A DNA stretch of 32,297 nt from NCBI RefSeq assembly GCF_006345805.1, contig NW_021829644.1, positions 1 to 32,297 of the forward strand. The letters run 5' to 3'. Made by a program: the position numbers and the translations under genes. The notes under the pieces are model-generated. The model was not told the DNA's origin. It searched no databases and was given only the letters and a program-made list of their open reading frames with translations. This document shows positions 1 to 9,794 of the stretch, piece after piece (position 1 is the first letter of the stretch; each line of letters opens with the position of its first letter). The stretch is from Octopus sinensis (lineage: Eukaryota).

Positions 1-186
1 ATTCTTGTGAAAGTATAATGAATTTGTACTCTATGAAAGTATAGACTAACCCTTCAGATTAACATAACCTTGCTTTCGTCATAATTGAACAGAAAAACAA
101 ACAGTAACACTCACACACACACACAACACACACAGCTTAACATTACCCTTTTCCTTCTTCAGAAATCTCTTCTACTGTAAACTTAC

Positions 187-293
187 GCATTCAACCCATG
201 ACAGTTTGGCACATTCCGAAACTCGAAGGGTGGTGTTTATTGCAGCGAGGTGAAGGGACACTGAGATTAGCATCGGAATTCTTGGTGCATTTT
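187..293 (-). CDS. Candidate internal coding exon of an unidentified gene (107 nt; xENAPRIPMLISVSLHLAAINTTLRVSECAKLSWVEC)
   Basis: Minus strand reads ctgttttcttccctatttagttttaag|AAAATGCACC...GTTGAATGC|gtaagt: a polypyrimidine acceptor and a perfect gtaagt donor (181-186). One frame is open (phase 1 in, phase 0 out), and the segment is GC/CpG-richer than its flanks. An upstream AG (301-302) would give 114 nt with stops in all frames. Protein not recognised. Confidence 0.55.
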
Positions 294-1774
294 CTTAAAA
301 CTAAATAGGGAAGAAAACAGATAAAGATTCATTAGACAATGAAAAAGACAGCTTTTTATTAACTTCATTTCTGATATTGTTAACATTTCTGCTGATTATT
401 TCTGAACCTTGCAATAGTGTGTTTGTTTTTGTATGATTTTATATGAATGTGAGTGTGTGTATGCACATACATAGTATATACATACACACACACACACACA
501 TACACATGTATGTGTATATATATACATACATTGTCTTTCTTATCAATAAACCTTGTCATGTCAAAGTTTCCTTTGCCAACAACATCTTCCTTCAACCATG
601 AAATGAAATTCCTTCATTTTGCATTAACATCTCATTTAGCTGATTATTAACATCTGAAACTTTGGCAATATCTCTTAGTTGCAATAAGTATTTACCTCAT
701 TCAAAATTATTCTTTTTAAATTAGCTTCTTGTTGTTGTCCGTAAAGTAAATTTATGTATCTTGGCATAAACTGGGCTTTTTGTCCTCTTCCTTTTTTAGT
801 TATTGTAATCTTGAGAAACACACACACATGTTAGTGTGTTGGGTGAGACAGATAGTCTATGTATGTGTGTGTGTATGCATATATATATATATATATATAT
901 ATATACACCATCAGACACATACACAGAAGTGTGTGTACTCACTTGCACATATATATCATAAATACAAAAACATTTTTTTTTAAAACAATTTTTGCTTCAG
1001 TACGCAGCAATGAATATCCAAAGAGGAAAAGTTTTTTTTTACCTTTTTTTTTGTTTTGTTTTGTTTCTCTACCTTCACTCTTTTTATCAATAAATATAGT
1101 TATAAATAAAACAATTTATATTCATTTTTTTTTTTTTTAGGGTAAGAAAATCACAAAGGAAATTTGAAATTTATCTGTTTGTTATTGCTTTCATTGACAA
1201 TGGAAAAAAAATTATTCTCGAAATAGCACTAAATATGATTTTTGTCCAGTACATTGTAATGTCTGACCTTCTGTCTCCAAAGTTCAGAGTGTTCATATTA
1301 TTATTATTATTATTAGCAGCAGCAGCTTGGTAGTTGGTGAAAGTTAAACTTGAAATAAACTGACATCTTTGAATTGACAAGGAACATATAAATAAAAGGA
1401 TCCTTTGGCCCAAAAAGGCATTGTCCCTTGCTTATTTCAGTCATTATCTTTATTCACTCTTTGAATATTCTCCACTGGAATTTCTTCCCCATTCCTTTGT
1501 CTACTTATTCTTATTACCTTTCTTTTCATTTATCTCTTTCTTGTCTTCAGCAACATAACAAAGAAAAAAAGAATTGATGAAAATATTCCTGTTTCTTATG
1601 TGTTATTTCTGTTTTGCTTCTAATTCCTTGATCAAATTGTTAATATTTTGGAATAGTTTGTAGCTTGCATGAGGAATTGTTGAGCACTTTAATGAATAAT
1701 GCTTCCCTCAAGATACTTATACTACACTTGTGAAGTATGCAAATTTACTACTGATATATATATATATATATATA

Positions 1775-1822
1775 TCATCATCATCATCATCATCGTTTAG
1801 CGTCCGTTTTCCATGCTAGCAT
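1775..1822 (-). mobile_element. RTE-LINE 3' tail stub inserted in (TA)n
   Basis: (cat)n-cgtttagcgtccgttttccatgctagcat matches the tail of the copies at 4619, 21812 and 28619; flanked on both sides by TA repeats. Confidence 0.85.
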
Positions 1823-1829
1823 ATATATA

Positions 1830-1861
<32 letters not shown>

Positions 1862-1894
1862 CAAAAGGAAAATCAAATGGAAATTGTATTTAAG

Positions 1895-2206
1895 ATACCT
1901 GTACCGGTGACACATTAAAAGCACCGTCCGAACGTGGCAGATGCCAGCACCGCCTGACTGGCGTCCGTGTCAGTGACATGTAATGGCACCAACTGATCTT
2001 GGACATTTGCCAGCCTCATCAGGCCCCTGTGCCAGTGGCATGTAAAAATCACCCACTACACTCACGGCACTCCGTGATTGTAGTGGGTGATTTTTGTAGT
2101 TGGCATTAGAAAGGGCATCCAGCTGTAGAAATACTGCCAGATCAGACTGCCTGGTCGAACTGTCCAACCCATGCTAACATGGAAAACGAACGTTAAATGA
2201 TGATGA
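1895..2206 (+). mobile_element. RTE-LINE 3'UTR fragment / RTE-tailed non-autonomous element
   Basis: Three ggcacgtaaaaagcacc-type units, then gggcatccagctgtagaaa, ending ccaacccatgctaacatggaaaacgaacgttaaatgatgatgat. This is the reverse complement of the 3' end of the 4619-7562 element. Confidence 0.85.
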
Positions 2207-2413
2207 TATAAGAATTATTAAATTTTGAGAGAAAGGGAAATTCTTGTTTTTTTTTTTCTTGGAACAGTGGATCTTGACGCACCAAGGTTTGTCACCCAAG
2301 TATACAGGCTATTAGTTTGAGTTTTATGAATTTTGAGATCCACATGTCCAAAAATAAAGTGTGTGTCTGTGTATGTATATATATGCATACACATACATAT
2401 ATATATAATTAAA

Positions 2414-2550
2414 CTTTATTAATAAAGCTGCAAAGACATCGCACAAACTGTTACTCAGAATTTCACATTCTGTTCGTCAGATAGTTTTGGTTTGTCCGAC
2501 AAACAGAACACGAAACTCTGAGTAACAGTTTTTGTGATGTCTTTATTAAT
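2414..2550. repeat. Short foldback (palindromic) element next to a TA microsatellite
   Basis: aaagacatcgcacaaactgttactcagaatttcacattctgttcgtcagat (2432-2482) versus gtccgacaaacagaacacgaaactctgagtaacagtttttgtgatgtcttt (about 2494-2544): an imperfect ~50-bp inverted repeat with ~10-bp spacer. A perfect palindrome ctttattaataaag lies at 2414-2427. Confidence 0.8.
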
Positions 2551-2644
2551 TTTTATTAATGAAGCACATTACTCTGTCTCCAGTATGCAAGTACTATTTT
2601 TACCACCTTATTTTGCATTTATGTGCTTACTCTGGTATATATAA

Positions 2645-2698
<54 letters not shown>

Positions 2699-2706
2699 TA
2701 CATGCC

Positions 2707-2748
<42 letters not shown>

Positions 2749-3290
2749 GTTATATAGGTATGTATGCCTGGTGATGGGTTTCTTGTTATTTCTCCTTCTC
2801 CTCCAGTCTTTAAAAGTGCAGTAGCACCCTATAGGAAATAACTCAAACCATGATGGACGCCACATGGTGGTGGTGGTTTTTTTTATCTTCCTCATTGAAG
2901 CAAGGACCTGTTTTTCATTCGTTGCTGTAATTGACCTTATTGTCTTCTTCCAGACATCTGTTATTGCTGACTATGAGCCCTATTCACATTAGCTGAGTTT
3001 AAAAGCCAGGATTAATTTTTTTTGAGAAATAGATGCAGGCATGGCTGTATGATTAAGTTCATTTTCCAATTCTGCCTTTTCAGTTTCAATCCCATCGTCA
3101 TCTTTTGTTTCGTCTCACAATCCAACCATATTTTCCATAAACTTTCATTTCAATGCAATTATTTGATGCCAAAAAGGAATCATTTCCATTCTTTTCCACT
3201 GAGTTGTGCAGCAGACATCACTTACTGAAGGGGTTTTATCATCTGGGACACTAAAATAATTAATCTTTAAATTCTCCCAGTTAATAGAAG

Positions 3291-3452
3291 AGGGTGAGCT
3301 GGCAGAACCATTACGGCTTGGCAGCATTCCTTCTGACTTTACATCCTGAGTTCAGAAACTGCCGCTGGGGATGACTTTACCTTTCATTCCTTCAGGTTTG
3401 ATAAAATTGAATACCAGTTGACTACTGGGGTTGATATAACTTACTTACCCTT
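3291..3452 (+). mobile_element. tRNA-headed SINE (family A), degenerate
   Basis: ggtgagctggcagaacc A-box-like head, cctgagttcagaaact B-box-like motif, then a ctttcattccttcaggtttgataaaa...ctggggttgat body. Reverse copies at ~11071-11150 and ~26115-26262. Confidence 0.7.
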
Positions 3453-3692
3453 GTACCAAGACTTGAAACCATCGTTGTTGTCAATTTTCTGATTAAGACA
3501 TCATAATGAATGCTGAAGACCCAAATAGCAAATATAAGAAAAGTGTCAGCAGCTGTGTATGTCCAACCACCACCACCTGTCTTGGGAGAACAGACTGTGT
3601 ATGAGTCTGTCTGTGAAGCCATTGTGTATGGGAAACATTGACACGTGCAGGGGAGAGGATCATGTTGGCATGGAGATGTAATTTATATTTAG

Positions 3693-4555
3693 ACTAACTT
3701 AAGGTGACCCGCTCTACGCACGGGTAAGAGTGTGGTTGTTACTTTCTGTTGCTTCCTTTCTGTTTTTTATCTCCACATTCTCCCTCTTTGTTTCTCTATC
3801 CTTTCTCTCTCTCATACTCTTCCTTTCTCCCCGACTCTCCTTCGATTTCTCTTACTCTCTATCTTTCTCTATCTAAAATCTCTCCCATTTATAAACAACA
3901 AAAGATCTTGAGTAAGTTGAGAAAGAAAATATTTCGAAAGATAAATCATAAATATCAGGCAGTAACAACGGAAAGGTCTAACATTTAAAAGGGACAGACA
4001 AACTTGCGAGCTGAATAAAAATAAAAATATATTGGAAACCAAAGTTTGAAGGGATAGAATCTGAGTATAGTAGAGTCACCATGGCTGGCATTTCTTAACG
4101 ATGGACAGCAACATAGTGGCAGTTTAACGGCTGGCATAAAATTTTGAACTTGATGTAAAAGAAAATTCCTAAACACCAAGTTTTGAAGTGATTCTTTCTC
4201 ACGACAGTCGACTCACCAATGCAAGCATTCAAAACTTCTTCATCATGAACAGCAACACATTGAAGATTTAAAGGCTGGCGCAAATTTTTTAGCGTGATGT
4301 AACAGAGAATTCCTAAACACCCGCTCCTGTAAATTTTAATCCCCTTCCAACCCCATTTAGACCCCTTTTCACATTTTGGTTAATATAACCCGATTTCATT
4401 CAGGTCTACTTGGCCCACATTTTATAAGATGAGGAATTTTGTCCTAGAGGTCACGCCTTTCATTTGAGGAAATAAATAGTTGCCATGCAAACTCGCCAGC
4501 ACTTTTAACATAGGTGTGCATATTTTCAGCTTAACCGACCACATAATGCACACAT
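3693..4555 (+). mobile_element. Putative non-autonomous Helitron/Helentron-like element
   Basis: Starts actaac...ACCCG-ctctacgca-CGGGT (subterminal hairpin, 3707-3725), followed by a CT-rich tract and an internal 144-bp-period duplication. Family assignment is by resemblance only. Confidence 0.35.
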
Positions 4556-4618
4556 TATATATATATGTGTGTATGCATTATATATACAAATGTATACAAA
4601 TTATATATATGTATATAT

Positions 4619-7562
4619 ATATCATCATCATCATCATCATTTAACGTCCATTCTCCATGCTAGCATGGGTTGGACGGTTCGACCGGGGATCTGGGAAGCG
4701 AGAAGGCTGCACCAGGCTCCAGTCTGATCTGGCAGTGTTTCTATAGCTTCCTAACTCCAACCACTCCGTGAGTGTAGTGGGTGCTTTTTACGTGCCACCG
4801 GCACAAGTGCCAGGTGAGGCTGGCAACGGCCATGATTGGATTGGTGCTTTTTACGTGCCACCGGCATTAGAAGCCAATCAAAGCGGCGCTGGCATCGGCC
4901 ACGTTCGGATGGTGCTTTTTACATGCCACTGGCACAGGGATCACAACTGCAGTTTCCAATGATTTTCGATGTTGGTGTACTTGACTCAATGGATCTCCTC
5001 AAGCACAGGGTCGAAACGGTGTTTCTTTACTTGCCACCTGAAGAGGAGTCAGTCCAACGGCCCTGGCAACTGCCGGGTGCCAGTCATAGGATTGGTTCAA
5101 TTTTGATTCTGATTTCACTTGCCCCAACAGGTCTTAGCAAGCAGAGTTTAGTGTCCAATGAAGGGAGGTTGGCATTTGATGAGGTTCGATTTTGACTTTG
5201 CTTGCCTCAACAGGTCTTCGTGTGTCCAAGGGAGGAAAGGCATGCATAAGTGGGCTGGACTCACTTGTCCTGCCGGGTCTTCTCATGCACAGCATATTTC
5301 CAAAGGTCTTGGCTACTAGTCATTGCCTCGGTGAGGCCTAAAGTTCGAAGTTCGTGTTTCACCACCTCGTCCCAAGTTTTCCTGGATCTACCTTCTCCAC
5401 GGGTTCCCTCAACTGTTAGGGATTGGTACTTTTTCATACACCTATCTTCATCCATTCTCGCCACATGACCATACCAGTGCAATCGTTTCTCTTGCACACC
5501 ACAGCTGATGCTTCTTAGGTCCAACATTTCTCTCAAGGTACTTACACTCTGTCGAGTATGTACACTGACATTACACATCCATCGGAGCATACTGGCTTCA
5601 TTCCTCGTGAGCTTATGCATGTCCTCAGCAGTCACAGCCCATGTTTCACTGCCATGTAGCATGGCTGTTCGTACACATGCATCATACATGTGAGTGTAGT
5701 GGGTGCTTTTTACGTGAGGCTGGCATCGGCCATGATTGGATTGGTTCTTTTTACATGCCACCGGCAGAGGTAAGAGCTCCCTGAACTTTGCCCAGGCTAT
5801 TCTTACTCTAGCAGTTACACTTTCAGCACACCCACCCCCGCTACTGACTTGGTGACCTAAATAACGGAAGCTATCAACTACTTCTAGTTTTTTTTCCCCC
5901 TGGAAAGTGACGGAAGTTGTTTTCTGCAGATTTTCAGTGTTTATTGCTCCTGAACATCTGCCACATACAAAAACTATCTTCCTTTGTTAGCCTTCTTTTG
6001 ACATTGCTGCACCTCTTATGTGTCCATAGCTTACACTGGGTACATCTTATAGAGTTTCTACCTACGCCTTTTCTACAGATTGAGCAGGGCCATCTACCTG
6101 AAGGCGTTTGTGGTTTGTCTACCTTCCTACTTATTAGGACTTTGGTTTTAGCTAGTTTGAATCTAAGGCCCTTCGATTCTAATCCTTCCTTCCACACCTG
6201 AAACTTCTCCAGTTATGATAGTGACTCAGCTATTAGAGCAAGGTCATCAGCATAGAGGAGCTCCCAGGGGCATCCTGTCATGAATTCCTCCGTAATTGCC
6301 AGGAGGACTATGATAAATAGGAGGTGGCTGAGGACCCCAACCTCTACTTTGAATTCTTCAGTGTACACGTTGCCAACGCTTACCTTACTTACAGCGTCCC
6401 TGTACATGGTTTGCACAGCTCTCACCAGCCATTCATCTATCGCTAGTTTCCTCATTGACCACCAGATAAGGGATCGTGGGACCCTGTCGAAGGCTTTCTC
6501 CATGTCAACGAAAGCCAGGTACAGGGGCTTATCTTTGGCTAGGTATTTCTCCTGCAGCTGTCTCACCAGAAATATGGCATCAGTGGTGCTTTTCCCTGGC
6601 TCGAAACCAAACTGCATCTCATCCAAGTTGACTCTCTCTTTAATCAGTTGGGCTATGACACTCTCTGTAACCTTCATTACCTGATCCAACAACTTGATAC
6701 CTCTGTAATTATTTGTATCTAGGGTGTCACCTTTACCTTTGTAGCAGTTAACTATTATGCTGCTACACCAGTCATTGGGTATGACTCCTTCGTGTATCAC
6801 CTGGTTAACTATACGGGTGACTAGGCTATAGCCGACACTGCCAGATATTTTGAGCATCTCTGCAGTAATTCCTGATGGGCCTGGGGCTTTCCATGTCTTC
6901 ATGCTTCTAATTGCCTTAAATACCAAAGAACTCGGATAGCTGGTCCCTCTGTTGGGTTGACATTCGGCAGACTCTCTTTATCCCATTCATTTTCTTTATT
7001 CAGCAACCTTTCATAGTGGCATCCCCAAACCTCTCTCTTTGCATCCTCATTTAGCGCAAGTGAACCATCATCCATGCGAACACATTTCTCTCCTACCACA
7101 TCACGATTCTCTCTCACACACTGTCTTGCAACACAAAATACCTCAAGTCTTTGGTCCTCACGGGGCAGAACATTGGCAAATTTTTTCTTATCTGCTTCCC
7201 CTCTGGCTAAATAAAACTTTCTCCTAGCTTCCCTTCTGTCAGTCTGATACAGTTCCCTGCTACCTCTGTTCTTCCAGTCCTTCCGAGCCTGTTTCCTTTG
7301 TCTAATAGCCCTGTCAACCACATTGTTCCACCACCACGTTACCTTGGGTCAGTGGCTCTCAGCAGGTTGTCCCGTAGAAACCTCCAGTTGTCTTCCACAT
7401 TATGTGATTCTTTATCCCCTTCTATTTCATCAAAGGCTTCGAGTAATACGTTTCTAAATTTCTGCCCATTTGCAGGATCTTTAAGTTTACAGACCCTTCT
7501 CCTCCAGGCTGGTCTTCTTCTCGGCATCCATTCAGCCCTGATCCTGAAGTCGCTAACTACTA
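4619..7562 (-). mobile_element. 5'-truncated, inactivated RTE-clade LINE (~2.9 kb)
   Basis: (GAT)n tail at 4619-4640. ORF pieces carry RT motifs YRGIKLL, QFGF.PG.STTDAIF, FVDMEKAFDRVP, YADD, FRYLG and the C-terminal GSETW...WYGHV...GRSRKTW. It ends at RLVVSDF (end of the APE domain) at a TA repeat. Confidence 0.95.
5261..7562 (-). pseudogene. Frameshifted RTE ORF (reverse transcriptase with PHD-like insertion)
   Basis: ORFs 7339-7623, 6899-7321, 6213-6926, 5934-6197 and 5261-5761 are consecutive pieces in different frames. The QG motif is missing (EVGVLSHLLF instead of GVHQGSVLSPLLF), so the RT is non-functional. Confidence 0.9.
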
Positions 7563-7563
7563 A

Positions 7564-7619
<56 letters not shown>

Positions 7620-7620
7620 C

Positions 7621-7662
<42 letters not shown>

Positions 7663-7735
7663 CAGATATATACACTTTGTATATATACATTATATATACA
7701 TATTTATATATAGAACACACACACATATATATAAA
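7564..7735. repeat. Compound (TA)n/(CA)n microsatellite
   Basis: Direct inspection. Confidence 0.95.
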
Positions 7736-7779
7736 TTAACCCAATAAATATCTGATTCATAATATTTGTTCTCATGATT

Positions 7780-8205
7780 GTGTGGTAGTGGTGGCAATAA
7801 TAAAACTCTCTATGAATGGAGACAGACATACAGAGAGAGGGAGAAAGAGAGCGAGGCGGTAGGGGAAAGAGGGACAGTGCTGGCGAAGGTAGCGGGGGGG
7901 GGGGAGATAGTAGTATCTGTCAAACGTCTTTATAGAGAGAAAGTGATGGGAAGGGAGGAAACAGAGAGAGACGGAGGAAGACAGACAGATAAGAGAATGA
8001 GAGGAGACTTGTCAAAGTGTGTGTTTTTTGCCCTAGTAACGACACCTTTTAAGATAGGGATTTCTAACCTAGCCCACTTGCATCCCCACCTCATTTTACA
8101 TGTCCCTGTAAATTTTGGAGTCAATCCGATGGGATCTATGCCCTTTAACCTGTTCCAATGCCAAAACCAGACAAACAAACTTTTTGCATTTCAGATTTAT
8201 AGCTA
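7780..8205 (+). mobile_element. Possible Helitron-like non-autonomous fragment
   Basis: GA-rich tract followed by gtaaattttggagtcaatccgatggg...acaaacaaactttttgcatttcagatttatag, resembling non-autonomous Helitron 3' termini. Resemblance only. Confidence 0.25.
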
Positions 8206-8590
8206 TTGATGATGCATGTTTGGCTAAAGAGAATGAAACAAGGTCATTAGCTTGTTTGGTGGTGCGGGTCACCAATGATGGCATTAAATAATTAGATCAG
8301 ATCTTAAGGATAATTTGACAGTTAAGATGAAGCAGGATGGAGGTGATTGGAGATAAACAGTTATGTGTGTCTGTTTCATGTCATTAATAATACATACAAA
8401 AACAATAACGGTAGTTCATCATCGTCACCATTTTCATTTGGATTTTGTAAATTCTAACATTTCTTGATGATGTTGAAATATTTATAGTTTTCAGGCTATT
8501 TAGTTGTGGATTTTCTGCAGACGTGATTACTTTGTGTGTGTGTGTGTATGCATATACATACATACACACACGTGTGTGTGTGTGTGTGTT

Positions 8591-8621
8591 TACAAGGGAG
8601 TTTCAAAAAGTTCCGGGAACT
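8591..8621 (+). mobile_element. Solitary mariner-like TIR
   Basis: TA-caagggagtttcaaaaagttccgggaact resembles mariner TIRs. No partner TIR found. Confidence 0.3.
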
Positions 8622-8974
8622 ACATGTTTATGAAGCAGATTTCTTTACCATTTCTTAATTGTGTGCATAGTTAGATATATGACTATTACTGTATGGGTTA
8701 GACCTCCATATAGATTATCATAATCCAGTCAGCTTCCATTATACAGATTAATGTACCATTGAACCACTGCAGAGTTACTTGTTATCACATACAGAACAGA
8801 TGCAGGAGAAAATCAAAATAGACATGAGTATGAACTTATCAGTTTCCATGTTGGTTTTACCATTTTGCATCAATCTGGAACTCAGAATTCCAACTGCATT
8901 TTGGATGCCAAACTGCAATGGATCATCAGAGGAACCCTTACACACACACACACATGTGTACATTCACTTGTGAG

Positions 8975-9120
8975 TGAATTTGGTAGAGTCTAAATTCACT
9001 CGCAAACTATTGGTTGACTCGAAACTCTAGTTGAAGACAATTGTTCAGCGTGTTGCAAACTGGGATTGAACTTAAAAGCACATGGGTGTAATGCAAGCTT
9101 CTTAACTTCACATCCACAGG
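8975..9120 (-). mobile_element. tRNA-headed SINE family B, 5' half
   Basis: aaattcactcgcaa...ctagttgaagacaattg...gggattgaac...agcttcttaac, homologous to 15690-15770, 19591-19697 and 24055-24180. Confidence 0.65.
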
Positions 9121-9417
9121 TCTGTGCCTCATATTTCTCTATGCAGACACACACACACATATATTTTGATTTTGCTTAAAATATTCTGTCTGTGTAAGAC
9201 AATATTTATAATTATGCAAATTGATTAGGTTGGTCTTGGCACCAGTCTTGAATTCATACTAGTTTGGCAGCTTGTTGTGTATTCAGATGTCATCAGGGTC
9301 TATTAATGCTGCCTGTCTATGTAGGGTTGATAAAATAATTACTTTTTAACATATTGAAGTCAATTATCCACACTCTGTTGCCCTTGTGAAAACAAAAAAA
9401 AATGTTCTTGACCTTAC

Positions 9418-9449
9418 CGAAATAACAATACTTGTAAGAAAGTGTTTGG
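9418..9449 (-). CDS. Candidate 32-nt small exon
   Basis: Minus strand: gatttcctttttttctgacag|CCAAACACTTTCTTACAAGTATTGTTATTTCG|gtaagg. All three frames are open. Splice signals are the only evidence. Confidence 0.3.
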
Positions 9450-9572
9450 CTGTCAGAAAAAAAGGAAATCACTCTATACAATATTGATTTCCTTGAAGTA
9501 CAAAGCTAATCTATAACTTTAGTATAATTCAGAATATTCTAACCAGTTATTTTATCAACTTTGGTGGGGTTC

Positions 9573-9573
<1 letters not shown>

Positions 9574-9606
<33 letters not shown>

Positions 9607-9790
9607 GTGGTAGTATAGCTTCCAGTGTATGTAGGTCCCAGCTCTGTTATGTCTGTGAATATATTCCTTCTTAGCCTGGATTGGGCAGCCAGAGATAATA
9701 TGATTTATTGTTTCTTGTCCATCTCCACATATTCTATCATCTTCTTTCAATTATGTTTCCATTTCTTGCTGAGTGTCTTCCTGACACCTA
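9574..9790 (-). mobile_element. R4/Dong-like non-LTR fragment (CCHC zinc knuckle) ending in (AAT)n
   Basis: RICGDGQETINHIISGCPIQAKKEYIHRHNRAGTYIHWKL matches the C-x2-C-x7/8-H-x4-C...RH motif of RLE-type non-LTR elements (first Cys lost). It runs directly into an (AAT)n tract at 9574-9606. Confidence 0.8.
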
Positions 9791-9794
9791 GGGC

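Noticed and set aside
380-1140. ORFs rich in Y/I/C/V/H/T (380-595, 453-650, 780-983, 859-1140)
   Set aside because: Translations of (TA)n/(CA)n microsatellites and T-runs.
2608-2990. Open minus frame ...KKTIRSITATNEKQVLASMRKIKK...WRPSWFELFPIG...
   Set aside because: No convincing acceptor/donor pair and no recognisable motif; it runs into a TA repeat. Possibly an old repeat.
3291-3370. tRNA-like A/B boxes here and at 24840, 25690, 27570
   Set aside because: No cloverleaf; these are SINE heads, not tRNA genes.
4780-4934. CRISPR-like repeat-spacer appearance (24-bp core every ~65 bp)
   Set aside because: Eukaryotic LINE 3'UTR; the spacers are mutually similar, the same module is in sibling LINE copies, and there are no cas genes.
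8192-8290. Plus-strand 'terminal exon' FIAIDDACLAKENETRSLACLVVRVTNDGIK*
   Set aside because: The apparent acceptor lies in what looks like a repeat terminus; no other support.
8775-8973. ORFs on both strands near the mariner-like TIR
   Set aside because: No transposase catalytic motif or splice-bounded frame could be supported.
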